Positions 40,668-51,238 of a DNA stretch of 64,000 bases are shown one piece after another. The translations under genes were made by a program, and so were the position numbers. Under the pieces are notes generated by a model. The model had not been told where the DNA came from. It ran no database searches and saw nothing but the letters and a program-made list of their open reading frames with translations. The DNA comes from an uncultured Verrucomicrobiae bacterium. GTDB taxonomy: Bacteria; Verrucomicrobiota; Verrucomicrobiia; Palsa-1439. Every line of letters starts with the position of its first letter. The first letter of the stretch is position 1. Location of the stretch: NCBI GenBank assembly GCA_963812605.1, contig CAWEWF010000005.1:373245-437244 (forward strand). The letters run 5' to 3'.

Positions 40668-40748
40668 GGGTAAAGTAAACACCACGTTTTCCACTGATTG
40701 ACCAACGCCGGGCGCTGGGCTATGCTGGTCGGGCTCTGAGGATGGCGA

Positions 40749-41333
40749 ATGCCCAACCACACGACAATTGACGAAAAGAAGATTCGCGAAGCGGTGCGTC
40801 TGTTGCTGGAAGGTATCGGCGAAGACCCAAACCGCGACGGTTTGCGCGAGACGCCGGACCGTGTCGCGCGCATGTACGGCGAGATCTTTGGGCAGGGGGA
40901 ACAGGATCCACACGTCGCCCTCAGTAAGAAGTTCGATGAGCATCACCACGAAATCGTGCTCGTCAAGGACATCACGTTTTTCTCGATGTGCGAGCATCAT
41001 CTGATGCCGTTTTTCGGCAAGGCGCATATCGCCTACATCCCCAATGGTTATATCGTCGGGATCTCCAAGCTGGCGCGGGTGGTCGAAGCCTTCGCCCGCC
41101 GTCCGCAAGTGCAGGAGCGCATGACCAGCCAGATCGCCGACATGATCAATCACGAACTCAAGGCCGATGGCGTGGCGGTCGTCTGTGAGGCCGTGCACAC
41201 CTGTATGACGATGCGCGGCGTGAAAAAGCCCGGCGCGTCGGTCATCACTTCCGCGATGCGCGGCGCGTTCGAAAAGAACGTCACCAGCCGCACGGAACTG
41301 ATGGCGCTGATCTACGGCAAGTCGAACGGCTGA
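40749..41333 (+). CDS. folE: GTP cyclohydrolase I
   Basis: [41 protein letters not shown]. Confidence 0.96.
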   Translation: MPNHTTIDEKKIREAVRLLLEGIGEDPNRDGLRETPDRVARMYGEIFGQGEQDPHVALSKKFDEHHHEIVLVKDITFFSMCEHHLMPFFGKAHIAYIPNGYIVGISKLARVVEAFARRPQVQERMTSQIADMINHELKADGVAVVCEAVHTCMTMRGVKKPGASVITSAMRGAFEKNVTSRTELMALIYGKSNG

Positions 41334-42713
41334 TGAAGACGGTTTACATCAAGACCTACGGCTGCCAGATGAACGAGCGCGACAGCGAAGCCGTGGCCGC
41401 GATGCTGCGCGCGCGCGGCTACGCCATCAGTCCCTCCGAGCGCGAGGCCGATGTGATCCTGCTCAACACCTGCAGCGTGCGCGACCTCGCCGAGCAAAAG
41501 GCCATCGGTAAAATGACCGCGCTCGCGCATCTCAAGCGCCGCAAGCCGGACCTCGTCCTGGGCTACCTCGGCTGCATGGCCCAAAGCCGCGGCGGCGCGC
41601 TCGCCGAGAAACAGCCCGCGGTGGATCTGGTCGTAGGCACCCAGCGGTTTCATCACGTCCCCGATTATCTCGATCAGATTTTTACGCATCGCCGCGCGGA
41701 GGCGGATTCGTATGACGAAGAGCTGAAGGCCATCGTGGACGTGGCGGAAGAACCGGGTAGCGAATCCACCATCAAGGACCACGTCCTCTGCGCGAACGGC
41801 AATGGCCAGGTCACCGCATTCGTCAGCATCATGCAAGGCTGTGACATGTACTGCTCGTTTTGTATCGTGCCCTATACGCGCGGCAGTGAACGGAGCCGGC
41901 CCATTGCGGAAATCGTCGAGGAAGTCCGGCATCTCGTCGGCCAGGGCGTAAAGGAAGTAACTTTGCTGGGCCAGATCGTGACCAGCTACGGACGCAAAGA
42001 CATTCACAAGAAAGACGGCAAATCCGCCTTCGTCCAACTCCTCGAAGCCGTGCACGAGGTGAAGGGGCTGGAACGCATTCGTTTTACGTCGCCGCATCCG
42101 AAAGGTTTCGGTGACGATCTCGTCGAGGCCTATCGCGATTTGCCGAAGCTCTGCGAGCACGCGCACCTGCCCGTGCAGAGCGGCTCGAACCGGCTGCTGA
42201 AGGCCATGAATCGCGGGTACAGCCGCGAGTGGTATTTGCGTATCCTCGACAAACTTCGCGAGGCGCAACCCGATATCGCGATCAGCACCGACGTCATCGT
42301 GGGCTTTCCTGGCGAAACCGAGGAGGACTTCGAGCAAACCGTGTCGCTCATGCGCGCGGTGGAATTCGACCAGGCCTACATCTTCAAGTACTCGCCGCGT
42401 CGCGACACGCCCGCCGCCGAGTTGCCCGGCCAACTCAGCGACGAGGAGAAGGAACGGACGCAATCAGATCGTGCTGGAAATCCTCAACGAACGCATGGCG
42501 CGCAAGAACCAGGAACTCGTCGGCCAGACCGTTGAAATCCTCGTCGAAGGCCGCAGCGAGAAGGCCGGCAAACGCATGTTCGGTCGCACGCGCACCAACA
42601 AGATCGTGCTTTTTGACGGCGACGAGCGTCACCAGGGCGAATTGTTGCCGGTGCGCATCGAGCGCGCCACAACCATCACCCTTTACGGCGACCCAGCCAT
42701 CCACAATCTATGA
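41333..42713 (+). CDS. miaB: tRNA methylthiotransferase MiaB, frameshifted near 42457
   Basis: TYGCQMNERDSE, NTCSVR, GCDMYCSFCIVP, HLPVQSGS, TRAM domain in second frame. Confidence 0.94.
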
Positions 42714-43252
42714 CACGACTAGCCATTACTTCGACCATCATCGGCGCCGTCATCATCGCCGGCCGACTCCCCGGCGTTATCGCCCCGGAAAAATTCAGCG
42801 CGGAAGCGCGGAAATTTCCCCGCTCGGTGTTCTGGGGACGTGCCCTCATGGGAGTCTGTGCAGTATGGGCGGGCATCGTGATGTACAACGCCGCAGTCGA
42901 CGACTTTGCGTGGCTCAAGCCATTTATTGTCATCGGCGTACCGATCGCCTATGTGCTCGTGATCCAATACGCCGACCAGTTTCTCGCCATTCGCGGCGTG
43001 GCGGCGCTGCTCCTGTTGATCGCCAAGGTCACGCTCAACGCCGCCAACGTCAGCGACTCGCCATCACGACTGATCATGACCGTGTTGGCCTACCTCTGGG
43101 TTTGCGGGGCGGTCTGGATGGCGTCCGCGCCGCACCAGGTGCGCGACTGGGTCAACTTTCTCACAGCCAATACCACCCGTTGCCGCGCCGCCTGTTCCTT
43201 GGGCGCCGCAGTAGGCGTGTTTCTAGTGTTACTCGGACTGTTCGTGTATTGA
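42710..43252 (+). CDS. Hypothetical membrane protein
   Basis: 180-aa multi-TM ORF, ATGA overlap with miaB. Confidence 0.75.
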   Translation: MTRLAITSTIIGAVIIAGRLPGVIAPEKFSAEARKFPRSVFWGRALMGVCAVWAGIVMYNAAVDDFAWLKPFIVIGVPIAYVLVIQYADQFLAIRGVAALLLLIAKVTLNAANVSDSPSRLIMTVLAYLWVCGAVWMASAPHQVRDWVNFLTANTTRCRAACSLGAAVGVFLVLLGLFVY

Positions 43253-43320
43253 TTGAAAACAGTGTTCAGACAACCCTTCGTTTGGAGGACATACTTCCCA
43301 GCGATCTGAAGTAATACACA

Positions 43321-44209
43321 ATGGAGAAGAGGCAGATAATTGAGGGGATTACACTGCACTTCCCCGCGGAAGACCATCTGGCCGCAGACGTAATTGAGGT
43401 GGCTTGCAGGCGAAGCATCTCTGTGATTCACGACATTTGGGGACTTACGCCGCCCCGAAAATGCTGCGTATACGTCATGACTTCGGCACCCCGCTTTCTC
43501 TTTCTTTCTGCGCCTTGGTACGTACGTGTCCGGCTCGCACTTCTGCTTCCAGCGTGGTTCTTCCGTATCCAAAAGTCTTGGAAATCGAGCGCCGGTTGGA
43601 CGATGCGTTACAAGTGGTGCCCGGCTGATTGGAATCAAGCCGCCAAGACTAATCGCGCAGGGAGACAGTAGGATTGGCAAGATGATTTTCGTTGAGGAGC
43701 CCGATCTCAACAAAAAGGTGGCCCACATAACCTGTCACGAAATGACGCACGCATTTTCGGCTGCCCTCAAGTTGCCCTTGTGGATGAACGAAGGTATTGC
43801 AATGGTTGCTGTCGATAGATTCATGGGTTATACCACGGTTCGAAGCGAGACCCTCGCTAGATTAAATTGTTCTCAGCACAGGTGGTCAGTCGGCAAGTAT
43901 CGGAATCTCTCAGGGATGGAAAGGGAGAAGATTGTTTACCACTATGTACGTGGATATTGGATTACGCGCTTTCTGACGGATGGGTATCCTGATTTGATGA
44001 AGGAGTTGCTGACAAAAAAGCTGTCTCATCAGTCGATTGAGAGAAAGGTCGCTGTTGCACTTGATATCGACTACAGGAACCTCTGGGGTGAGATCGACGA
44101 GAGAGTTCTTGAACATTTCAAAGAGATGTGGCCGACAGGTGAGCAAAGTATTGAGCCGAAGGCAGGTCGTCTAGTGCCGCCTGTGATTTCCAAACATGGG
44201 CCTTCATGA
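43321..44209 (+). CDS. Hypothetical HEXXH zincin-like protein, frameshifted near 43615; lower GC
   Basis: CHEMTHAF..LPLWMNEGIA..HYVRGYW gluzincin-type motif; two overlapping ORFs. Confidence 0.6.
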
Positions 44210-44273
44210 TTAGGACTCGCGCTAAGATGAATTTGTTTCCCCTTTCAGACATTTTTACAGCTAGCGTTAAGAT

Positions 44274-45206
44274 GTGAAAAAACCGCGGATACTGGTCGTG
44301 CGCGGCGGGGCAATCGGGGATTTCATCATGACGCTGCCGGCGGTCGGCGCGCTGCGGGAACGGTGGCCGGAGGCGCATATCGAAATCCTCGGGTATCCGC
44401 ACATCGCGGAGTTGGCGCACCAACGCCATTACGCCGATGCGGTGCGCTCGATTGACGCGAAGGCGCTGGCGGGCTTTTTCATTCCCCGCGGCGTATTGGA
44501 CCCGGCGCTCATGGAGTATTTCGGCGGATTCAATGTCGTTGTTTCCTACCTTTTCGATCCGGACCGCATCTTCTCCAACAATGTGCGCGCCTGCGGCGTC
44601 AAGCAGGTGATCGACGCGTCGCCCCGCCCGGAAAACACGCCGGCGGCGGAGCATTATTGCCGGCCGTTGGAATCGCTGGCGATTTATGTGGAGGCGCCGC
44701 TCCCGCGAATTCACCCGAATGAATCCGACCGGGAAGCCGCGTCGAATTTCCTGAAGATGGCCGGGCGTGAACCGCTGGTGGCGATCCACCCGGGCAGCGG
44801 CAGCGAGAAGAAGAACTGGCCCGTGGAGAAGTTTGCGGCGTTGGCGCGGTGGGTGGCCGACGAATTGGCGGCGCAACTGCTGGTCGTGCGCGGCGAGGCC
44901 GATGAAAGGGCGGCACAGAAGCTGACGGAGCTGGTCGGCGAACGCCCGATTACCGTGGCTCAGGGCCTGAAATTGGTCGAATTGGCGGCCGTCTTGGAAC
45001 GCTGTGTGCTGTTTTTAGGCAACGACTCCGGCATCACGCATTTGGCTGCCGCCGTGGGAACGCCCACGGTCGCGGTGTTTGGCGCGGCCTCGCTACCGAT
45101 TTGGGAACCGCTCGGCGAACACACCCGCGTGGTGCAATTTGGCGAGCAGGATGTGGCCAATGTGCGGGCCGCAATTGAGCAGTTGTGGGGCATTCCACGC
45201 GGCTGA
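44274..45206 (+). CDS. Glycosyltransferase family 9 (heptosyltransferase-like)
   Basis: RGGAIGDFI, IHPGSGSEKKNWP, GNDSGITHLAAA. Confidence 0.9.
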   Translation: MKKPRILVVRGGAIGDFIMTLPAVGALRERWPEAHIEILGYPHIAELAHQRHYADAVRSIDAKALAGFFIPRGVLDPALMEYFGGFNVVVSYLFDPDRIFSNNVRACGVKQVIDASPRPENTPAAEHYCRPLESLAIYVEAPLPRIHPNESDREAASNFLKMAGREPLVAIHPGSGSEKKNWPVEKFAALARWVADELAAQLLVVRGEADERAAQKLTELVGERPITVAQGLKLVELAAVLERCVLFLGNDSGITHLAAAVGTPTVAVFGAASLPIWEPLGEHTRVVQFGEQDVANVRAAIEQLWGIPRG

Positions 45207-45330
45207 TTGCTGAAGTCGTTGGTACACAAGCCATTTGGCTTGACGGCTGACCGCACCGCCACTACATTGGCGCACAGCATGGTTTCAGAACCCGTGAGTC
45301 ATCAAGAGCAAGGAAGGGACCGAGAGATCG

Positions 45331-45852
45331 ATGCGCGACCGCAATTTGGAAAAGAACCTTCAGCGAGTCGAGGCATTCATCGAAACTTGGAGGCAGTTGA
45401 GCCAGTTCTTGGATCGCGGTTTCAAGGGCGAGAGTTTTGCCGGTGAGGAAGAAGTCGCCTTTCTGGAATTGAAAAGCCAGATTGCCCAGGAGCATGAGTT
45501 GTTGGTGGTCACGCTTGGCTCGGAGATGGAGCGGGATGACCGGGCGTTGCGGATGCTGAACAGCGTGCCCAGCCTGTCGGCGTTCAAGGAGCTGCCCGAT
45601 GGCATGTCGAAAAAGCTCGCCACTGAGTGGCACAGCACGTATCTGGGGTTGCAGGCGTTGTTGGGGCGGTTACGGGGACGGCAGGCGCAACTCCGGGGAG
45701 TCAGCACGTTGCGCGTGGGGTTGTCGCACGTGTTTGCCAACCCGTTGGTGATTTTGTTGGTGATGATTGCGGCGTCGTACGGAGTATATCGGTTTGCGGA
45801 AGATTGGATTCCGAAATTGACGCAACTAAAGGACCAAATGGAGAAGAGATAA
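45331..45852 (+). CDS. Hypothetical protein with C-terminal TM helix
   Basis: 173-aa ORF overlapping the HU start (TAATG). Confidence 0.7.
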   Translation: MRDRNLEKNLQRVEAFIETWRQLSQFLDRGFKGESFAGEEEVAFLELKSQIAQEHELLVVTLGSEMERDDRALRMLNSVPSLSAFKELPDGMSKKLATEWHSTYLGLQALLGRLRGRQAQLRGVSTLRVGLSHVFANPLVILLVMIAASYGVYRFAEDWIPKLTQLKDQMEKR

Positions 45853-46172
45853 TGACGAAGCGAGACCTGGTGATTCGGATCAGCAATGACACGAACCTCA
45901 TTCAGCAGGACGTGCTGACGGTCGTGCAAAAGACCCTGGACTACGTCACGGAGGCGCTCATCAAGGGCGAGACCGTCGAGTTGCGCAACTTCGGTGTCTT
46001 CGAGGTCAAGCTGCGCAAGCCGCGCGTGGGCCGCAACCCGAACGATCCGGGCAAGGACGTACAGATCCCCGCCCGCGCGGTCGTGAAGTTCAAACCGGGC
46101 AAGGAAATGCGCGAGCAGGTACTGCGGCTCACGGAAAAGTACAACCCGCCGCAGAACCCGCCGCACGCCTGA
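45852..46172 (+). CDS. HU/IHF family DNA-binding protein
   Basis: MTKRDLV..VELRNFGVF..RVGRNP..VVKFKPGKEM. Confidence 0.93.
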   Translation: MTKRDLVIRISNDTNLIQQDVLTVVQKTLDYVTEALIKGETVELRNFGVFEVKLRKPRVGRNPNDPGKDVQIPARAVVKFKPGKEMREQVLRLTEKYNPPQNPPHA

Positions 46173-46267
46173 GGTTTTGCAGGGCTGGCGGCCCCGGGGT
46201 TGCCCGCCGATGATGTCAACGGCGCGGCCCGGTGGGCTTCGCGCCCGGTAACTTTTGAGTCAATCCG

Positions 46268-47500
46268 ATGAACCCGTTGCCCGGCTTTCGCGATTTTTAT
46301 CCTGAAGCACTCGCTGTCCGCCGCTACATCTTCGACAAGTGGCGCGATGTGGCGCGGCGCTATGGGTTTCGCGAGTTCGACGGCCCACCGTTGGAGCCGC
46401 TCGAACTCTACACGCAGAAATCCGGCGAGGAAATTGTCGGGCAACTCTTCAACTTTGTGGACAAGGGCGACCGCGCGGTGGCGCTGCGGCCGGAAATGAC
46501 GCCCACCCTGGCGCGGATGGTCGGCGCGCACCACCGCGATTACAAAAAACCGATCAAATGGTTCGCGATCCCGCAACTCTTCCGCTACGAGAAACAGCAG
46601 CGCGGCCGCTTGCGCGAACATTTCCAGTTCAACGCCGACATTATCGACGAAACCGGCCTGGGCGCCGACGCCGAACTTATCGCCCTGGCGATCGATACGC
46701 TCCGCAGTTTCGGGTTGACCGAGAAGGATTTCGTGGTGCGCGTCTCGGATCGCCGCGTGTGGCAACGATACCTTACAGCCGCTGGTATCGCGCAGGACAA
46801 GCAGTACGCGGCGTTCCAGGCCATCGACAAGCTGGAGCGTGAGCCGGCGGAGAAAACGCGTGAGAAACTGGTGGCGACAGGGTTGTCGGTGCACAAGGTT
46901 GAAGAGATCCTGGCGATCGCCGAGGGAAAAACGACCGCGGACGCGCCGGAATTACAGCAGGTCTTGGCGAAACTTGGCGATCTGGCCGCGTTCTGCAAGG
47001 TCGACTTCAAGATCGTGCGCGGGCTGGCGTACTACACGGGGATTGTTTGGGAAATCCATGATAGCAAGGGAGAACTTCGCGCCGTTGCCGGTGGCGGTCG
47101 TTACGACAATCTGCTCAAGGAGGTGAGCGGGGTGGATCTGCCTGCGCTTGGCTTCGGGATGGGCGACGTGGTATTGGGTGAGTTGCTGAAAGATCGCGGA
47201 CTACTGCCAAAAACTGCTTCCGGATTGGATTGCTATGCCGTGATCGCAGACGAAACCCTGCGCGTAGAGGCGTTGAAGCTCATTCACAAGTTGCGCGATG
47301 GCGGGATTGCGGTAGACTACGCGCTCGCGCCGACGAAAGTAAGCAAGCAATTCCAAGTGGCGGTCGCGGCGGGAGCCCGCTTTGCCTTGACGATTGGCCC
47401 TGACGAATGGAGTGCGGGCGAAGTGAAGCTAAAGGATTTGTCCGCGGGAACTGAAGAACGGGTGAAGATTTCGGACCTAAAGTCCAAATTGTCAGGCTGA
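46268..47500 (+). CDS. hisS: Histidine--tRNA ligase
   Basis: GFRDFYP, LRPEMTP, FRYEKQQRGRLREHFQ, RGLAYYTG, GGGRYD. Confidence 0.96.
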   Translation: MNPLPGFRDFYPEALAVRRYIFDKWRDVARRYGFREFDGPPLEPLELYTQKSGEEIVGQLFNFVDKGDRAVALRPEMTPTLARMVGAHHRDYKKPIKWFAIPQLFRYEKQQRGRLREHFQFNADIIDETGLGADAELIALAIDTLRSFGLTEKDFVVRVSDRRVWQRYLTAAGIAQDKQYAAFQAIDKLEREPAEKTREKLVATGLSVHKVEEILAIAEGKTTADAPELQQVLAKLGDLAAFCKVDFKIVRGLAYYTGIVWEIHDSKGELRAVAGGGRYDNLLKEVSGVDLPALGFGMGDVVLGELLKDRGLLPKTASGLDCYAVIADETLRVEALKLIHKLRDGGIAVDYALAPTKVSKQFQVAVAAGARFALTIGPDEWSAGEVKLKDLSAGTEERVKISDLKSKLSG

Positions 47501-47525
47501 GTGAGGCGAAGGGTAAAAGATTTCT

Positions 47526-49319
47526 ATGAAACGGACACAGCATTGCGGTGAATTGCGCGCGGGACACGTGGGACAGAAGACCACCCTCATGGGGTGGGTC
47601 CACGCGCGACGCGATTTGGGCGGGATTGTGTTTATCGAATTGCGCGACCGCGAAGGCAATACCCAGGTGGTGTTCGATCCCCAACACAACAAGCCCTCCT
47701 GGGAACTGGCGCAAAGTTTGCGAAGCGAGTTCGTCGTGGCTGTGGAAGGCCGTGTGCGCAAACGTCCGGAAGGCACGCAAAACCCGAAGCTGCCAACCGG
47801 CGAGGTCGAGTTGTTGGTCGATCACCTGGAAATCCTCAACCCGAGCGAGACCCCGCCATTTCAACTCGACGAGACGAGCGGCTCGCAGGCCAATGAGGAG
47901 TTGCGCCTGCAATACCGTTACCTCGACCTGCGGCGGTCCGGCATGGCCCGGAACTTGAAGCTGCGCCATCGCGTCGCGAAAGCCGCGCGTGATTATTTCG
48001 ATACAAACGGCTTCCTCGAAGTAGAGACGCCGATTCTGTTCAAGAGCACACCGGAAGGCGCGCGCGAGTATCTCGTGCCGTCGCGGGTAAACCCCGGCAA
48101 GTTTTATGCGCTGCCGCAATCGCCGCAGCAGTTTAAGCAAATGCTGATGGTGGCGGGGGTGGACCGCTATTTCCAAATCGCGAAGTGTTTTCGGGACGAA
48201 GATCTGCGGGCGGACCGGCAGCCGGAATTTACGCAGATCGACCTTGAGATGAGTTTCATTACTCGCGAGGACATGTACGCGATGATCGAGGGATTGCTCG
48301 CCACCGTTTGGCTGGCGGCGCGCGGCGAAAAAATCCCGACGCCATTCCCGCGGATGCAATTCTTGGAAGCGATGGAGCGGTTTGGCAGTGACAAGCCGGA
48401 CACGCGCTTTGGGCTGGAACTGGTCGATTTCACGAAGGATTTCGCGCAGAGCCAATTCAAGGTGTTTCGCGGCGCGGTCGATTCGGGCGGGGTCGTGAAA
48501 GCGATTAACGCGAAAGGGCTCGCGAGCGCGACACAGGGACAAATCGAAGCATTGACGGAAACCGCGAAGAGTTTTGGGGCGAAGGGCCTCGCGTTCATCA
48601 AAATCGAAGGTGGCGAATGGAAATCGCCGATCGTAAAGTTCTTTAACGAGGCGGAAAAGAAGGCGCTGACGGAAAAACTGAAGATCGAAGAAGGCGATCT
48701 CATTCTTTTCGGGGCGGACAAGCGCGAGGCGGTTTGGGAAGTACTGGGGCGGTTACGGCTGATCGTGGCCGAGATGCTCAAGAAGGACGGCAAACTCCAG
48801 GTACCCGAGGAACAATGGAATTTCCTCTGGGTGGTGGATTTTCCGTTGATTACCTACAACCCCGAGTCGAAACGCCACGTGGCCACGCATCATCCGTTCA
48901 CCTCGCCCGTGGTCGAGGACGTGTCGCTGCTCGATAGCGATCCGACAAGGGTCCGCGGGCAGCACTACGATATCGTGTTGAACGGAGTGGAACTCGGCGG
49001 CGGCTCAATTCGTATTCACCAACCGGAGTTGCAGAAGAAAATCTTCGAGCGAGTGCTGCAGATTCCGCCGGAAGTCGCGCAATCCCGCTTCGGCTATATG
49101 CTGCAGGCATTCCGGTACGGCGCGCCGCCACACGGCGGCATCGCGCTGGGGTTCGACCGTTTGTGCGCGATCCTGTGCGGCACGGCCAACATCCGCGACG
49201 TGATCGCGTTTCCGAAGACGGCGAAGGCGGTGGATTTGATGACCAACTCGCCGAGCGAGGTCGAGCCGAAACAATTGCGCGATCTGCACATCAAGCTGGA
49301 CGTGGAAGACGCAGGTTAA
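47526..49319 (+). CDS. aspS: Aspartate--tRNA ligase
   Basis: RLQYRYLDLRR, STPEGAREY, LPQSPQQFKQ, FRDEDLRADRQPEF, GAPPHGGIALG. Confidence 0.97.
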   Translation: MKRTQHCGELRAGHVGQKTTLMGWVHARRDLGGIVFIELRDREGNTQVVFDPQHNKPSWELAQSLRSEFVVAVEGRVRKRPEGTQNPKLPTGEVELLVDHLEILNPSETPPFQLDETSGSQANEELRLQYRYLDLRRSGMARNLKLRHRVAKAARDYFDTNGFLEVETPILFKSTPEGAREYLVPSRVNPGKFYALPQSPQQFKQMLMVAGVDRYFQIAKCFRDEDLRADRQPEFTQIDLEMSFITREDMYAMIEGLLATVWLAARGEKIPTPFPRMQFLEAMERFGSDKPDTRFGLELVDFTKDFAQSQFKVFRGAVDSGGVVKAINAKGLASATQGQIEALTETAKSFGAKGLAFIKIEGGEWKSPIVKFFNEAEKKALTEKLKIEEGDLILFGADKREAVWEVLGRLRLIVAEMLKKDGKLQVPEEQWNFLWVVDFPLITYNPESKRHVATHHPFTSPVVEDVSLLDSDPTRVRGQHYDIVLNGVELGGGSIRIHQPELQKKIFERVLQIPPEVAQSRFGYMLQAFRYGAPPHGGIALGFDRLCAILCGTANIRDVIAFPKTAKAVDLMTNSPSEVEPKQLRDLHIKLDVEDAG

Positions 49320-49324
49320 AGCCC

Positions 49325-50350
49325 CTACGTCGTGCTCGGGGTGGAGGAGACCGCAGCCGGTAACTTCCGGGCGCGTCCGCGCTTTTTCGGTTCGACACGC
49401 GTGAAGACGCCCATCTTGCGAAATTTCTTATACCGTGCCTCCAGCAGGTCCGAAATCTTCGCCTCCCAGAGTTTATCGAGGTTCTTGAGGATCGCCTTCT
49501 TGAGCGTGGCGGCGGTTTCATCGTACTCCTTGTGCGCGCCGCCGAGTGGTTCGGGAATGACCTCGTCCACCACGTCGAGTTCCAGCAGGTCCCTCGCCGT
49601 GATCTTGAGCGCGGCAGCCGCTTGCGCGGCGTTGGCACGGTCCTTCCACAAGATTGCGGCGCAACCCTCGGGTGAGATGACGGAATAGTAGGCATTTTCG
49701 AGAATGAGCACGCGATCGCAGACGCCGATGCCCAACGCGCCGCCCGAGCCGCCTTCTCCAATGACCACGGCAATCGAAGGCACTTTGAGCACCATCATTT
49801 CCCGCAGGTTGACGGCAATCGCCTCGGCGATGTGGCGTTCCTCGGCGCCGACGCCGGGATAGGCGCCGGGCGTGTCGATGAAGCAGAGCACGGGGATCTC
49901 GAATTTCTCAGCCAGTTGCATCAAGCGCAGCGCCTTGCGGTAGCCCTCGGGGTGGGGGCTGCCAAAGTTGCGCATCAAATTCTCCTTGGTATCGCGGCCC
50001 TTCTGCTGGCCGATGACCATCACACGGCGCTCGCCAATCGTGGCGAGGCCACCGACGATCGCATGGTCGTCGGCAAAGCGGCGGTCGCCGTGCAATTCGA
50101 TAAATTCGGTGGCGATGCGCTGCAAATAATCCAGCATGTACGGCCGTTTGGGATGGCGGGCGAGTTGGACGCGCTGCCAGGGGGTGAGACTGGTAAAGAT
50201 CTCCTTTTTCGTGGCCTCGAGTTTTTCCTCGATGGACTGAATCTGGGCGGAGAGATCGATTTTTTGTTCATCCGCCTGTTTGCGGAGGGCTTCGAGCGTT
50301 TGCTCCAGCTCGGTGATGGGTTTCTCAAATTCCAGCGTGTAGATTTTCAT
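49325..50350 (-). CDS. accA: Acetyl-CoA carboxylase carboxyltransferase alpha
   Basis: LEFEKPI, ARHPKRP, PEGYRKALR, IDTPGAYPG, GEGGSGGAL, YSVISPEGCA. Confidence 0.97.
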   Translation of the reverse strand: MKIYTLEFEKPITELEQTLEALRKQADEQKIDLSAQIQSIEEKLEATKKEIFTSLTPWQRVQLARHPKRPYMLDYLQRIATEFIELHGDRRFADDHAIVGGLATIGERRVMVIGQQKGRDTKENLMRNFGSPHPEGYRKALRLMQLAEKFEIPVLCFIDTPGAYPGVGAEERHIAEAIAVNLREMMVLKVPSIAVVIGEGGSGGALGIGVCDRVLILENAYYSVISPEGCAAILWKDRANAAQAAAALKITARDLLELDVVDEVIPEPLGGAHKEYDETAATLKKAILKNLDKLWEAKISDLLEARYKKFRKMGVFTRVEPKKRGRARKLPAAVSSTPSTT

Positions 50351-50368
50351 GAGTGGCCTCTCTTGAAA

Positions 50369-51238
50369 TCAGTCGTGAATGCTGACCGGACTGCCCACGG
50401 GCAAAATCGCGTACAATTCGGCGACATCGTCGTTCAGCAGGCGAATGCAGCCCGCGGTGGCCTGCTTCCCAATGGAATTGGTGTCCCATGTCCCGTGGAT
50501 GCCGTAGCCGGGAACGTTTAGCCCCAGCCAATGCGTGCCAAGAATGTTTTCCGGATCGCCGAAGGGGATGGTTTTTCCGTCGGCGCGCCACCACGGGGGG
50601 TTCGCCAGGCGGCTGGTGATTTTGAAATCGCCCACCGGGGTCTTGCTGTACTGGCCGGTGCCGACACGGTAGCGCTTGAAGAGTTTACCGTTGTCCGTCA
50701 GTCGCAGCTCGTTTGTCGCCTTACTTACCGTGACCGCAAAGCGACCTTGATAGATCCGCAATCGATCGCCAACCCGGATTATCTCGCTGTTGAGATTGTT
50801 GGATTTCTTGATCAAATCGATGGTCGTCCCGAACTTCTGCGCCAGTTTGCCGAGAGAATCGCCGGCGACGATGGTGTAATTGGTTTTCTCGGGCGCGGAC
50901 GCGGGTGTAAACAGGATCTTCGTATTGATCGCGCCGAATAAGTCGAGCATCTTGTCCGAAGCATCGCCCCCGTCGCACAAAGGCTGCAATAATGCGCGGG
51001 CTTCTTCCAGTTTTCCCTCGTTCTCCAGTGTGAGCGCCTGCTGGTATTGCTCGGTGTTGGATTCGGCGGGTGCCGGCGGTCGGCTCGTGGTCGCCAAGGT
51101 CGGTGTCGGCGCGACAGCCGTGGCGTTCGTGGCCGGGTTTTCGGGCGCGGTTGAGGAAGAGGGCGTTGACGAACTCGGAAGTCGGTCACAACCCGCCAGC
51201 CAGAATGTCAGCACGACCAAACTGAGCCAAGGTTTCAT
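50369..51238 (-). CDS. LysM + L,D-transpeptidase lipoprotein
   Basis: LAGC lipobox; LysM GDSLGKLAQKFG; YGIHGT..ATAGCIRL. Confidence 0.92.
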   Translation of the reverse strand: MKPWLSLVVLTFWLAGCDRLPSSSTPSSSTAPENPATNATAVAPTPTLATTSRPPAPAESNTEQYQQALTLENEGKLEEARALLQPLCDGGDASDKMLDLFGAINTKILFTPASAPEKTNYTIVAGDSLGKLAQKFGTTIDLIKKSNNLNSEIIRVGDRLRIYQGRFAVTVSKATNELRLTDNGKLFKRYRVGTGQYSKTPVGDFKITSRLANPPWWRADGKTIPFGDPENILGTHWLGLNVPGYGIHGTWDTNSIGKQATAGCIRLLNDDVAELYAILPVGSPVSIHD

